The notes below the pieces were generated by a model. The model was not told the origin of the DNA and did no database searches. It was given only the letters and a program-made list of their open reading frames with translations. From a virus (taxonomy: Duplodnaviria > Caudoviricetes): a stretch of 64,000 bases of DNA. Shown here one piece after another: positions 44,340-53,211 of the stretch; the stretch's first letter is position 1; every line of letters starts with the position of its first letter. The stretch lies in the IMG/VR virus record IMGVR_UViG_3300009431_000002, positions 96,001 to 160,000 of that record, one strand, 5' to 3'. The position numbers were made by a program, and so were the translations under genes.

Positions 44340-45431
44340 TCACCTCAAGTACGTGTTCTGGGCCAGGATGGAGCTGGCCGGAGTCGTCGGGGCCGCGGCT
44401 GTCGTACCCGCCACGGAGTGCGTGTGCGACTGGAGCCAGGAGACGAGCGTGTCTCCCAACACACCCTTCTGCGCGCCCTGCTGACCGCCGACCGTTACCT
44501 TCCCGCTGGGCTCCACCACGACGGAGCCTCCGCCCATCGTGATGTTGCCGGTGGCCGTGATCTCCACGTCGCCACCGCTGTCTATCTTCACACTGGTTCC
44601 ACCCTTGAGCATAGCTTCTTGAGTGGCTTCGACCTTCGCGTTCTCCTGTGCCACGAGCTCGATGTTCTTCTTGGCCGCCACCAAGAAGCTGTCCTCGACC
44701 GCCCAGGAGACCTCGCCGTTGTGCTTCACCGTCAGCTCGGCGTTGAGCGTCGCCTCCTCGGCGCCATCCACGTTCACGCCGAGCCGTAGGGCCACGTCTT
44801 CGTCGTCAGGGTCGTGGCCGAGCAGCAGGGAGCACACGTAGCCTGGGTCCGTGGCCTTCTCCTTGGCCCGCAGCAGCAGCGTCGTGGTCTTGTCTCCGTC
44901 CGCGTTCTTCTCCGGCCGGTCGACCAACCAGGTCAGCTCGCCGCCGAACGTCCGCAACTCGTACTGTGAGCACACGTCGCGGATCATCCGATGGATCGGC
45001 AGGTACAGGCGCTGGGCCAGGGGGCCGGCCATCACCTGCACCACGCCACCGCGTCGGATGGTGATGCCGTTGCCGTCCCTCGTGCTCATGTGGATGTCGC
45101 CGGGGTTGAGGTCCTTGCGGGTGGCGCGCCACCCCTCCTCCCCCGGCGGCGGCGCGTACCCCAGGATGAACGGGTGCTCCCCGTCGCTCGGCCAACAGAC
45201 CCAGCACATCGCCCCGACCTCCGGCATGATGTACACGCCTTCGCCGAAGTAGTGGTGCATGTACGGCGACATGAACGGCACGTCCCCGTAGTAGCGCATC
45301 GAGTGCTGGGTCACGAAGTCCACGGAGTACAACGGCGGGTTCACGTTGATGACCTGGGCGGACTCCACGTACGCCTCGGTGAGCTCACCGAGAGCAATCG
45401 GTCGCGGTTCCTGGTGGGTCGCCCGAGTCAC
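44340..45431 (-). CDS. Baseplate central spike (gpV/gp138-like)
   Basis: N-terminal OB-fold-like AQVINVN...MPEVGAMCWV; beta-repeat body; C-terminal LVSWLQSHTH with the HxH metal-binding tip motif. Confidence 0.8.
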   Translation of the reverse strand: MTRATHQEPRPIALGELTEAYVESAQVINVNPPLYSVDFVTQHSMRYYGDVPFMSPYMHHYFGEGVYIMPEVGAMCWVCWPSDGEHPFILGYAPPPGEEGWRATRKDLNPGDIHMSTRDGNGITIRRGGVVQVMAGPLAQRLYLPIHRMIRDVCSQYELRTFGGELTWLVDRPEKNADGDKTTTLLLRAKEKATDPGYVCSLLLGHDPDDEDVALRLGVNVDGAEEATLNAELTVKHNGEVSWAVEDSFLVAAKKNIELVAQENAKVEATQEAMLKGGTSVKIDSGGDVEITATGNITMGGGSVVVEPSGKVTVGGQQGAQKGVLGDTLVSWLQSHTHSVAGTTAAAPTTPASSILAQNTYLR

Positions 45432-45438
45432 GTCCTAC

Positions 45439-45861
45439 TCAACGACGGAGCAGCGTCGCGCCCCCGAGGCCCAACGTGCCGAGACCAGCCATGCCTCCGG
45501 CGCCGGCCAGCGCACCGCCGCCGACGTCACGGGCGAGGTCGCCGCCCTCCTGGACCTGCTTGCCCCAGCCCTCGAGGCCCTCGCCCCAGCCGCGGCGTGT
45601 CTTGCCGGCGTCCAGGGCCTCCGTGCTCATCTTGCCCTTGGGCTGGGCCTTCACGGCGCGGGCCATGGCGTCGTCGCCCGACTGGGTGAGCTTGCCGCCC
45701 AGCCACTTGGCGCCGCGGCCGATGAGCTTGCCGGCCTGCTCGATGAGCGCGAGCTTCTCGAGGTCGCTCAGGCCACGGGCGTCTGCCACCTTCTCGAGCT
45801 CGTCGAGGAACCCGCCGACGAAGGCGTGCTCGCATGCGGCCGCGTGCTTCTCCATATCCAT
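45439..45861 (-). CDS. Tagged small membrane-anchored protein, 140 aa
   Basis: MEKHAA...GGFLDELEKVA...LEKLA; C-terminal GGGALAGAGGMAGLGTLGLGGATLL. Confidence 0.7.
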   Translation of the reverse strand: MDMEKHAAACEHAFVGGFLDELEKVADARGLSDLEKLALIEQAGKLIGRGAKWLGGKLTQSGDDAMARAVKAQPKGKMSTEALDAGKTRRGWGEGLEGWGKQVQEGGDLARDVGGGALAGAGGMAGLGTLGLGGATLLRR

Positions 45862-45870
45862 GCGGTCCTC

Positions 45871-46656
45871 CTATCCAAAGTGGCGCGGCGTTGGCGCGTC
45901 GAGCCACAGATATTTGCTTTCGTGCGCTGACAGCCGAGGCTTGAGCCACCGCATGGCTTCCTGAGGCCCGCGGCTCTGCAACTGCTCCCGGTACGCGTCC
46001 TGTATCTGACTGTACTCTAAATCTCGTCGGTCGACCGACCGCTCCAGCAACGCCCGAAACCGACGTCGCATAGCCTTCGGCATCTTCTGCCCAGGACGGC
46101 CAACGAACCCACCTGCGCGGGCGTCCCCGAACGCCTCGGACGCCTGCCTGGACAGACGCCTGTACTCCGGTTCGCGCAGCCTACGCCACAATCCAGCCGT
46201 CTCCCAGCCACCGCCCGGGCCCTCTAAGGTGTTAATGAGATTGGACTCCTGGACCAGCACATCTGGCTCTGCGTGACCAGAGACCAGTTCCGTGAGCTTC
46301 TCGCCGTAACGGCCAGCTTTCCGCTCCGCAGCCTCGTGTATGGTGGCGATCCCACGAAGGTTGGTTTGTGCCTCCCTGGAGGCGTGTGGGGCAATACCGC
46401 GACCCGCGGATGGCGCCACGTAGACGGCACCTGCAGCCCGAGCCAGGGCCGGGGACTGATCCTTTATGGCCTCCGGCAAACGCTTCGGTATGTGGAACGC
46501 GCCAGCGCGCATCGGTGTGGTGCCGAGCTCCTCCCAGGCTTTCGCTGGTAGCCTACGCAGTGGGGCGATGCGCTCGGTAGCCACGCGAAGATCTGCAGCT
46601 GACACCGCGATCTTCACAAGCTCGTCGCAAAACGCCGCCAGTCGCCTCCGCTCCAT
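45871..46656 (-). CDS. Tagged hypothetical protein with HExxE motif, 261 aa
   Basis: LAAFCDELVKIA at the N-terminus; TIHEAAE...SGH...QE; A/T-richer codons than flanks. Confidence 0.6.
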   Translation of the reverse strand: MERRRLAAFCDELVKIAVSAADLRVATERIAPLRRLPAKAWEELGTTPMRAGAFHIPKRLPEAIKDQSPALARAAGAVYVAPSAGRGIAPHASREAQTNLRGIATIHEAAERKAGRYGEKLTELVSGHAEPDVLVQESNLINTLEGPGGGWETAGLWRRLREPEYRRLSRQASEAFGDARAGGFVGRPGQKMPKAMRRRFRALLERSVDRRDLEYSQIQDAYREQLQSRGPQEAMRWLKPRLSAHESKYLWLDAPTPRHFG

Positions 46657-46664
46657 GCGATCTC

Positions 46665-49600
46665 CTAGTACCCGACGCGGAACTCCGTGGTGCCGGGTGT
46701 TCCTTTCTCAGGCTGCCCGAACTCGGAGCCATAGGCTAGCGCCGGGATCGGATGCAACCCGTGGATGTTGCTGGACCAGCCCCTCAAGGCACCGTCGACG
46801 ATGGTGTCCTTCAGCTTCTGGTACTGGAGCCGCGCCATCCAGTCCTCCTGCATGTCCAGCGGCGTCTGCGTGACCCCGCGCAGGATGGGCGTGAACTTGA
46901 CGGGCTTCTTGCGCTTCTTGTTGTGGTACCCGACATTCGACGTGGACACCAGGTCTCCTGGGAGGAGGTCGGTGTCGCCGGCGTCATCCACTACGCCGAG
47001 GTCGGTGATGGCGCGGACCGCGGTCTCCACGTTGCGCCGGAGCACTGGGCCCGCGTCCGAGTACGCCTTGTGGACCTCGTCCGCGAGGTAGCCGCGCACC
47101 GTGTTGATGTTGGTCAGCGGCAGCATCTCGTGCGGATTGATGGGCCCGCCGGAGAGCCGGTCCCCCTTGCGGACCTTCACGCCCTTGCGCAGCTTGATCT
47201 TCTCGTTGACCAGGTGCTCGGGGACGTAGTGCCTCTTCCCCTTGACCCAGATGTTGAGGCCGCCGACCTCGGCGTCCTTCTCCACCCGCTCTACGGTGCC
47301 CGTGGTCGTCGCCAGCGTCGCCGAGTCCGCCAGCACCTTGGGCATGCGCAGCAGGTCCTGGACCCTGGTGAACTTGTCGGTGGACCGGCCGCTCTTCGAG
47401 GCAGCGACCCCGCCTTCGTGGAACGCGCGCATCGACAACTGCGTGGCGGGCTCGCCCAGTGCCTGCGACGCGATGACCCCGATGTTGGTCCCCGGGTCGG
47501 GCAGCTGGCCGTCCGGCAGGTTGCCGTAGTCCCGTGCGTACAGTCCCTTCGGGGCCACCGACTTCAGCGGGCTGCGGATCGACACGCGCCGGACGCCGCT
47601 GTTCTTCATCCTCGTCTGGACCCGGTCGGTGACCTCGGTGTTCCTCGGCAGGACGTCGCCGCCCCGGAGCTTCACGGGCCGCGCGAGGTAGCGACCGATG
47701 ACCTCGCGGTCCTCGGGGTCCGCGCTGATGCCGTCGTCGGCGTCGTCCGGCGCGTCCCCATCGACCACGACGAGGTTCATGGCAGAGTTCACGACGTCCT
47801 TGGTCAGCGCGCCGGGCTTGGCGGTCTCCTTCGTCTTCTGGATCATGCCCTTGCGCGCACCGTGCATGGCCGTGAAGTAGCTGGCGGAGTCCAGGCCCTC
47901 GGCGTAGCTCTTGGTGATCGGCACCGGCACGATGCGGTCGGCCGCGTCCTTCACCAACATGGGGGCGATGAGGATCTGCCGGACCTGGTCCCAGTTGCCG
48001 CGAGCACCGGCGTTGACCATCTCCAGGGCGTGGTTGCCCTGCCGCTCCAACTTCGGACGGATGGCCCGGCTCAGGTCCTCGGTGGCCTTGGAGTAGAGGT
48101 CGACGAGGCGCTGGTCCTTCTCCTCCTGGGTCAGCGACTTCATCTTCTGGATGCGCTTGGCCGCCTTGTGGACCCCAGCCAGGGCGCGGTCGCGCACAGC
48201 CTGCTGCGCCTGGAAGTCGTCGAGGGTGAACGACGCGCCAGACTCGTAGGCGTAGTCGTTGCCCATGTCCTTGAGGTCGTTGACGACGTCGCCGAAGTCG
48301 GCCGAGTGCTCCTTGGCCATCCGGGTGAGGAGGTCCTTGGTCGGGCCCTTGGACATCCGGAAGTCCTTGGAGTGGAGCAGCTGCGCGTCCCCTCGCATCC
48401 CCTCCGGCAGCACGCGGTCGAGGAGGATGCGACCGAGGGTCGTCTCCCTGCCCTTCACCGAGACCACGTCGGTCATGCCGAGGCCGAGCTTGCGGGCCTT
48501 GGCCGCCACCTGCGCCGGCGAGTCGAAGCGGTGCGACGTCTTCTTCCCCCACTCTGTCAGCCGGTACAGCCCGAGCTGGGCCTCGTGGCCCGGGGAGTAC
48601 ATCACCCGGCCGGTGGTGGTGTTGAACAGGTTGTTGGACGGGAAGAGCTTGCGCGCCTCCTCCACCGCCTCCTTGGCGAGCGGAACGTAGGCGGACATCT
48701 GGTCGCCGTCGAAGTCGGCGTTGTACCCCGAGGTCACCAGGGGGTGGATGCGGATGGCCTTGCCGCCGACGAGCTTGGGCTTGAACGCCATGACCCCGAA
48801 CTTGTGGAGCACCGGGTCACGCTTCAGCAGCACCGGCCGCTCCTCCATCACGCGCTCAAGCGCGTGCCGGGCGACCTTGGAGTTGGTCCGGACCAGGTGC
48901 TGTGCCTCGGCGGGGACGTAGCCCTGCTCCCGCACCAGCTTTCGCACGACGAAGGGCTTGTACGTCTCCTTCGCCAGCTTGTAGGGGATGCCCACCTCGT
49001 CCAGTCCCATGTCGGGCTCGGGGATGATGGTGGACCGCATCGACAGGTCCTGCCGGCGGGAGACGAGGTTCTTCTGGAAGAACGAGTCCTTGGGCTGGGG
49101 CACGCCCTTCATCGTCTCCATCACGCCGCGGTGCTTGCGGCCGTTGATGGTGGAGCCGGTCATCATCAGGGCGCGGAGCCCGTCGTAGAGCTCGGCGGTC
49201 AGCTTGCTCTTCGTCTTCTCCCCGAGTCCGGGGTCGTAGTCCCGCAGCTGGATGTTGGTGATGCCGAGGCTCTTGTACAGGCCGTTGATGTCCGAGTCGT
49301 TGAGCTTGCCCGACTCCATCACCGAGACCGGCCGCATCACCGGCGGCATGACGGGCACGACCGAGGTGAAGTACGCCTGGTCGGGGGTCAGGTCGTTGGC
49401 GACCAGCGCCTCGAGGAACCGGATCTGCTTGCGCAGCTTCGCCATCGTCGACACGGCCTTGGTGGTCTCGGCCTGGCGACGGAGCGTCTCCAGCTGCTGC
49501 CGTGGGTCGATGGCCGCCAGCCGTGCGCGGATGGCTTCGGGCCCGGTCTTCCCGTCGAGCGTCTTCTCGCCGGCGATGACGGCCTGGTAGTCCTTGTTCT

Positions 49601-52600
49601 TCAGCCCCGTGAAGGTGAGGATGGCCTTCTCGAACACCGGGTTCGGCATGGGCTCGGCCAGCCGGATGTGGGACCAGCGCTTGCCGTCCACACCGCCCGT
49701 GGCGTAGGGGTCGAACAGCCCGCCGCGCTCCGGCTTGAGGTCCTTGCCCCGGAACATCAGGCCCGGGTCCTTCAGTTCGCCGCTGGACATCCGCAGGATC
49801 TGCTCGTCGGTGAGGGGCGCGAGGTTCAGGGTCGAGCCCTGCTTCTTGACGTCGACGCCCAGCACGTTGAGGTAGCCGTTGAACTTGTCGAAGGCGAACG
49901 AGGTGGACGGCGGTGGGAGCTGCTCCCCAGTCTGCAGGGCCATCCACAGCTCGGGGTTCTTCTGGCTCTTGTAGGTGGCCATCTCCCGGATGTTGGCCTT
50001 CGCTCCATGAGCCAACATGGCGTACATGCCCAACGCGTCCATGGCCTGGGCGCCGTGGGCACCACCGCCCTTCGGAACCTCGTTGACGCTGTACGCGTAC
50101 CCGGCCCCGCCCGCGCGGGCGTGGGACTTCTTGTCGATCTGGTGCTTGAGCTTGAGGATGTACTGGTCGCCCGTGAGGATCGGCCCCAGGCTCTGCCCGG
50201 ACTTGGGGTCCACCAGCTCCTCGGTGTCGGACAGGCCCTCCTTCGCCAGCTCCGCCTTCATCTCCTTGGCGTAGTTGCGGTTGGCCCCGCCGAAGTTGTT
50301 GGTGACGTACCGCTTGCCCCGCTTCCGGGCGATCTTCCCGGCCATCGTCTCGAGGACCTGGCCGAGGTTGATGCGGCCGGGGATGCCAGCCGGGTTGAGC
50401 AGGACCTCGACCGGGGCGCCCTCTTCGCCAGAGGCGCGCGGCATCTCGTGGTCAGGCAGCACCGCCGTGACGATGCCCTTGTTGCCGTGGCGTCCGACCA
50501 GCTTGTCCCCGACGCGGGCAGGCTCCTCGGTGGCGACGTGGACGCTGACGTCCTTGCCCCGCTTGACGACGCGGACCACCCGGCCCTTCGTGTCCTTGTC
50601 CCAGACGATGGGCTTGGGGTCCATGTCCCGCACGAGGCTCTTGTGCAGCCGCGCCCGCATGCGACGCTCGCTGGTCTGCTCCGGCTTCTTCAGCGCGGCG
50701 ACGAGGATGTCCCCCTCGTTGACCTCCTGCCCCACCTGGATGACGCCGTCGTCGTCGAGCTTGTCGTAGACCTCGCGCTGCACGCGGTCGGGTGGCGCGT
50801 ACGCGCGGAACTTCTTCTTGTCCAGGACCGTGTTCTTGGTCAGCCGCATGCTCTTGCGGTGCATGTGCTGGGACTTGAGCTTCTCGGCCGCGGACTCGGA
50901 GACGACGATGCCGTCCTCGAAGTTGTACCCACGGTACGGGATGTAGGCCACCCGGAGGTTCTTGCCCAGCGCGAGCTTGCCTTCGCGCGTGAAGTTGGTG
51001 TCGGCCACCGTCTGGCCGCGCTTGACCTTGTCCCCCTTCTTCACGAGGGGCTCGGAGTGCAGGACGCTGGACGCCTCGTTGAGCGGGAAGTGGTCGTAGA
51101 GCTGGACCTCCTCCAGCTTCCCGGCCTTGCTCCGGATCTTGATGGCGCCGGGCCTCACCGACACCACGGTGCCTTCCACCGGGGACTCGTGGGAGTTGAA
51201 CTGGCCCAGCACGTCCTCGAAGGTGGACCTCACCTCGGTCTTGGACTGCACCAGCGGCTCGTCGCGGTCCACCAGGGGCACGGCCTGCTCCTGCTGCCGG
51301 GACGCCGTCATGGCCCTGTTGCCCTGGTTGTTCTGCAGGAAGGGCACGAGGTTGGTGGCCATGCTGAACAGGCCCTTGGCCGACGGGAGGATGTAGTCCA
51401 CCTCGCTGGCCGGCACCTGCATCACCTCGCCGCCCGGGCCGCTGACCGTCACCTCCTTACCGATGGGGACGAGCCGGTTCTTCACCTTCTTGTACTGGTC
51501 TGGGAAGGCGACGGTGGAGCGGTGCGCCTTGTGCGGATCGATCTTCTCCCGGCGGCCCGTCTTCGTGTTGTAGGCCTGGATGTAGAGGGTCTTGCCCTTC
51601 CGCGACACCCCCAGCGGGAGCTGGAGGGTGATGCCGGTGCGGTCACCCTCCGGGGTGTGGATGGGGTCGAGGAAGCCGAGGTGCGTCGGGTCGATGAGCT
51701 GGTCGGCGTCGGTCAGGGTGTGGGTGCTCTTGACCCCGCCCTCGCCCATGATGGTGGTCTTGGACTGGCCGGAGATGAACTCCAGCGGGTTGACCTGGTC
51801 GGGCATCTGCGACAGCTGGGTCTGGGTGAAGAAGGTCTTGATGGGCTTGTCGAACAGCCCGGGGGTCACGACCTCCCTGACGTCGGCCTTGCGGTCGATG
51901 TTGTTCTCCATCTTCCGCTGCAGATCCCAACGGCCGCGGGTCAGCCGCTCGGCCACGAAGTCGTCGACCGACAACGCGTCCTTGTAGAACAGGTGCTCAC
52001 GCGCGTCCGGGGTGTCCTCGCCCCTCGAGATCCGCGCGAGCTTGTGGGCCGAGGCCAGGAGCGACGGGCCGCTCACCTTGTCGTAGGCCTTGCCCAGGGT
52101 GATCTTCGTGCTGTCGGGGCGCAGCACGGTCGTGCCGAACTCATCTCGGAGGTGGCGCTCGGCGTCCTCGATGCTGGGTGCCTGCTTGCCCGTCGACGCC
52201 TTGTAGAAGGCGCGCATGGCGACGTCGTGCTTCTCCTTCTTCCCCTGGTTGAGGATCCCGCGGCCCAGCTCGCGCTCGATGGTGTCGTCGTCGACCCCCA
52301 GCACCTTGAGCATCGGGTAGAGCGGGATGTGGGAGTTGCCGTACCGGACCAGGAACCGCCGGTCCTCCGGGTGGAACCGGAGCCGGAAGTTCTTGCCTTT
52401 CGCCATGTTCCACTGGGACTCCAGCTCACCCTTGGCGCTGACGCGGTGGTACACCCCAGCCTTCAACCGGAACTGGTTGTCGACCTGGTACTCCTTGCCG
52501 TCGACGATGTAGGAGTGCCGCTTGGTCACGCGGGGCAGGTTGCCCACGCGCATGGACTTGCGGCTGATGACCTTGCCCGTCTCCTTGTTGACCAGGGAGA

Positions 52601-52811
52601 CGTCGGCCATAACAGGGTCAGCCCAAGTCCTGCCCTTGAGCTTCGCGTCCTGCTGGGACCGGATGTCGTCGATGCCCTTCTTGTCGTCGACCCAGACCCG
52701 GTGGAGCTCCAGCCGGTTCTCTCGCCCCTCGAAGGGGAACATCGACGAGATGGCGTCGCTGACACGGTCTTTGAGGGCACCGTAGGAACCCTCTGGGTTC
52801 AGTGTCGCCAT
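46665..52811 (-). CDS. rpoBC: Single-chain fused beta-beta' multisubunit-type RNA polymerase, 2048 aa
   Basis: Beta motifs GDKLVGRHGNKG, LNPAGIPGRINLGQVLE, ILKLKH; beta' motifs KPERGGLF, PVMPPVMRP, LLKRDPVLH, YNADFDGDQM (catalytic), HGARKG (bridge helix), SQALGEPATQLSMRAFH (trigger loop). Confidence 0.97.
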   Translation of the reverse strand: MATLNPEGSYGALKDRVSDAISSMFPFEGRENRLELHRVWVDDKKGIDDIRSQQDAKLKGRTWADPVMADVSLVNKETGKVISRKSMRVGNLPRVTKRHSYIVDGKEYQVDNQFRLKAGVYHRVSAKGELESQWNMAKGKNFRLRFHPEDRRFLVRYGNSHIPLYPMLKVLGVDDDTIERELGRGILNQGKKEKHDVAMRAFYKASTGKQAPSIEDAERHLRDEFGTTVLRPDSTKITLGKAYDKVSGPSLLASAHKLARISRGEDTPDAREHLFYKDALSVDDFVAERLTRGRWDLQRKMENNIDRKADVREVVTPGLFDKPIKTFFTQTQLSQMPDQVNPLEFISGQSKTTIMGEGGVKSTHTLTDADQLIDPTHLGFLDPIHTPEGDRTGITLQLPLGVSRKGKTLYIQAYNTKTGRREKIDPHKAHRSTVAFPDQYKKVKNRLVPIGKEVTVSGPGGEVMQVPASEVDYILPSAKGLFSMATNLVPFLQNNQGNRAMTASRQQEQAVPLVDRDEPLVQSKTEVRSTFEDVLGQFNSHESPVEGTVVSVRPGAIKIRSKAGKLEEVQLYDHFPLNEASSVLHSEPLVKKGDKVKRGQTVADTNFTREGKLALGKNLRVAYIPYRGYNFEDGIVVSESAAEKLKSQHMHRKSMRLTKNTVLDKKKFRAYAPPDRVQREVYDKLDDDGVIQVGQEVNEGDILVAALKKPEQTSERRMRARLHKSLVRDMDPKPIVWDKDTKGRVVRVVKRGKDVSVHVATEEPARVGDKLVGRHGNKGIVTAVLPDHEMPRASGEEGAPVEVLLNPAGIPGRINLGQVLETMAGKIARKRGKRYVTNNFGGANRNYAKEMKAELAKEGLSDTEELVDPKSGQSLGPILTGDQYILKLKHQIDKKSHARAGGAGYAYSVNEVPKGGGAHGAQAMDALGMYAMLAHGAKANIREMATYKSQKNPELWMALQTGEQLPPPSTSFAFDKFNGYLNVLGVDVKKQGSTLNLAPLTDEQILRMSSGELKDPGLMFRGKDLKPERGGLFDPYATGGVDGKRWSHIRLAEPMPNPVFEKAILTFTGLKNKDYQAVIAGEKTLDGKTGPEAIRARLAAIDPRQQLETLRRQAETTKAVSTMAKLRKQIRFLEALVANDLTPDQAYFTSVVPVMPPVMRPVSVMESGKLNDSDINGLYKSLGITNIQLRDYDPGLGEKTKSKLTAELYDGLRALMMTGSTINGRKHRGVMETMKGVPQPKDSFFQKNLVSRRQDLSMRSTIIPEPDMGLDEVGIPYKLAKETYKPFVVRKLVREQGYVPAEAQHLVRTNSKVARHALERVMEERPVLLKRDPVLHKFGVMAFKPKLVGGKAIRIHPLVTSGYNADFDGDQMSAYVPLAKEAVEEARKLFPSNNLFNTTTGRVMYSPGHEAQLGLYRLTEWGKKTSHRFDSPAQVAAKARKLGLGMTDVVSVKGRETTLGRILLDRVLPEGMRGDAQLLHSKDFRMSKGPTKDLLTRMAKEHSADFGDVVNDLKDMGNDYAYESGASFTLDDFQAQQAVRDRALAGVHKAAKRIQKMKSLTQEEKDQRLVDLYSKATEDLSRAIRPKLERQGNHALEMVNAGARGNWDQVRQILIAPMLVKDAADRIVPVPITKSYAEGLDSASYFTAMHGARKGMIQKTKETAKPGALTKDVVNSAMNLVVVDGDAPDDADDGISADPEDREVIGRYLARPVKLRGGDVLPRNTEVTDRVQTRMKNSGVRRVSIRSPLKSVAPKGLYARDYGNLPDGQLPDPGTNIGVIASQALGEPATQLSMRAFHEGGVAASKSGRSTDKFTRVQDLLRMPKVLADSATLATTTGTVERVEKDAEVGGLNIWVKGKRHYVPEHLVNEKIKLRKGVKVRKGDRLSGGPINPHEMLPLTNINTVRGYLADEVHKAYSDAGPVLRRNVETAVRAITDLGVVDDAGDTDLLPGDLVSTSNVGYHNKKRKKPVKFTPILRGVTQTPLDMQEDWMARLQYQKLKDTIVDGALRGWSSNIHGLHPIPALAYGSEFGQPEKGTPGTTEFRVGY

Positions 52812-52832
52812 GGAACGTCCAGTTGTGCCATC

Positions 52833-52861
52833 AGGCTACAGTGCAAGGGATGCTGTGGCAA
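52833..52861 (-). promoter_or_regulatory. Sigma70-like promoter TTGCCA-N17-TAGCCT upstream of the RNAP gene
   Basis: Plus-strand TGGCAA at 52856-52861 and AGGCTA at 52833-52838. Confidence 0.45.
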
Positions 52862-52863
52862 CG

Positions 52864-52871
52864 GGTACAAG
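52864..52871 (+). promoter_or_regulatory. Intergenic motif GGTACAAG
   Basis: Upstream of the RBS (GAGGAGG) of 52901. Confidence 0.45.
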
Positions 52872-52900
52872 TAGAGTAACCAACAGAGGAGGTCTGCTGC

Positions 52901-53107
52901 ATGATTGAAATCGTACCCACCGAAGACCACACCCTCGACGATCTGGACGACGAGCCCATCGTGCTCGCCGGCCCGGGCGATGACGAGGATGACAACGATG
53001 ACGAAGAGGAGGACAATGAGGAGGAGGTCGACGAGGACCGGGAGGACCGGACGAGTCCAGAGATCCTCGACGACGCCGTCGATGAGGCGATCTACGGCGA
53101 GGAGTAG
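52901..53107 (+). CDS. Small highly acidic protein, 68 aa
   Basis: Strong RBS; D/E tract DDEDDNDDEEEDNEEEVDED. Confidence 0.7.
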   Translation: MIEIVPTEDHTLDDLDDEPIVLAGPGDDEDDNDDEEEDNEEEVDEDREDRTSPEILDDAVDEAIYGEE

Positions 53108-53109
53108 CC

Positions 53110-53211
53110 ATGTTCTGGACGCTGGTGGGCGTCGGCCTGTTCCTGGGGCTGATGCTGTACATGAGACATTCGAGCGGGGACTTCGTGGCCTCGATGACCC
53201 GCTCGACCTGA
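53110..53211 (+). CDS. Putative 33-aa membrane peptide
   Basis: My translation MFWTLVGVGLFLGLMLYMRHSSGDFVASMTRST; ATG after GAGGAG. Confidence 0.5.
   Translation: MFWTLVGVGLFLGLMLYMRHSSGDFVASMTRST

Noticed and set aside
46665-52811. Interpretation as a host chromosomal rpoBC locus
   Set aside because: No ribosomal protein or other housekeeping neighbours; flanked by portal, spike and terminase genes; both zinc sites are missing.
46752-52874. 2040-aa ORF antisense to the RNAP
   Set aside because: Mirror frame of a strongly codon-biased gene; no recognisable domains or RBS.
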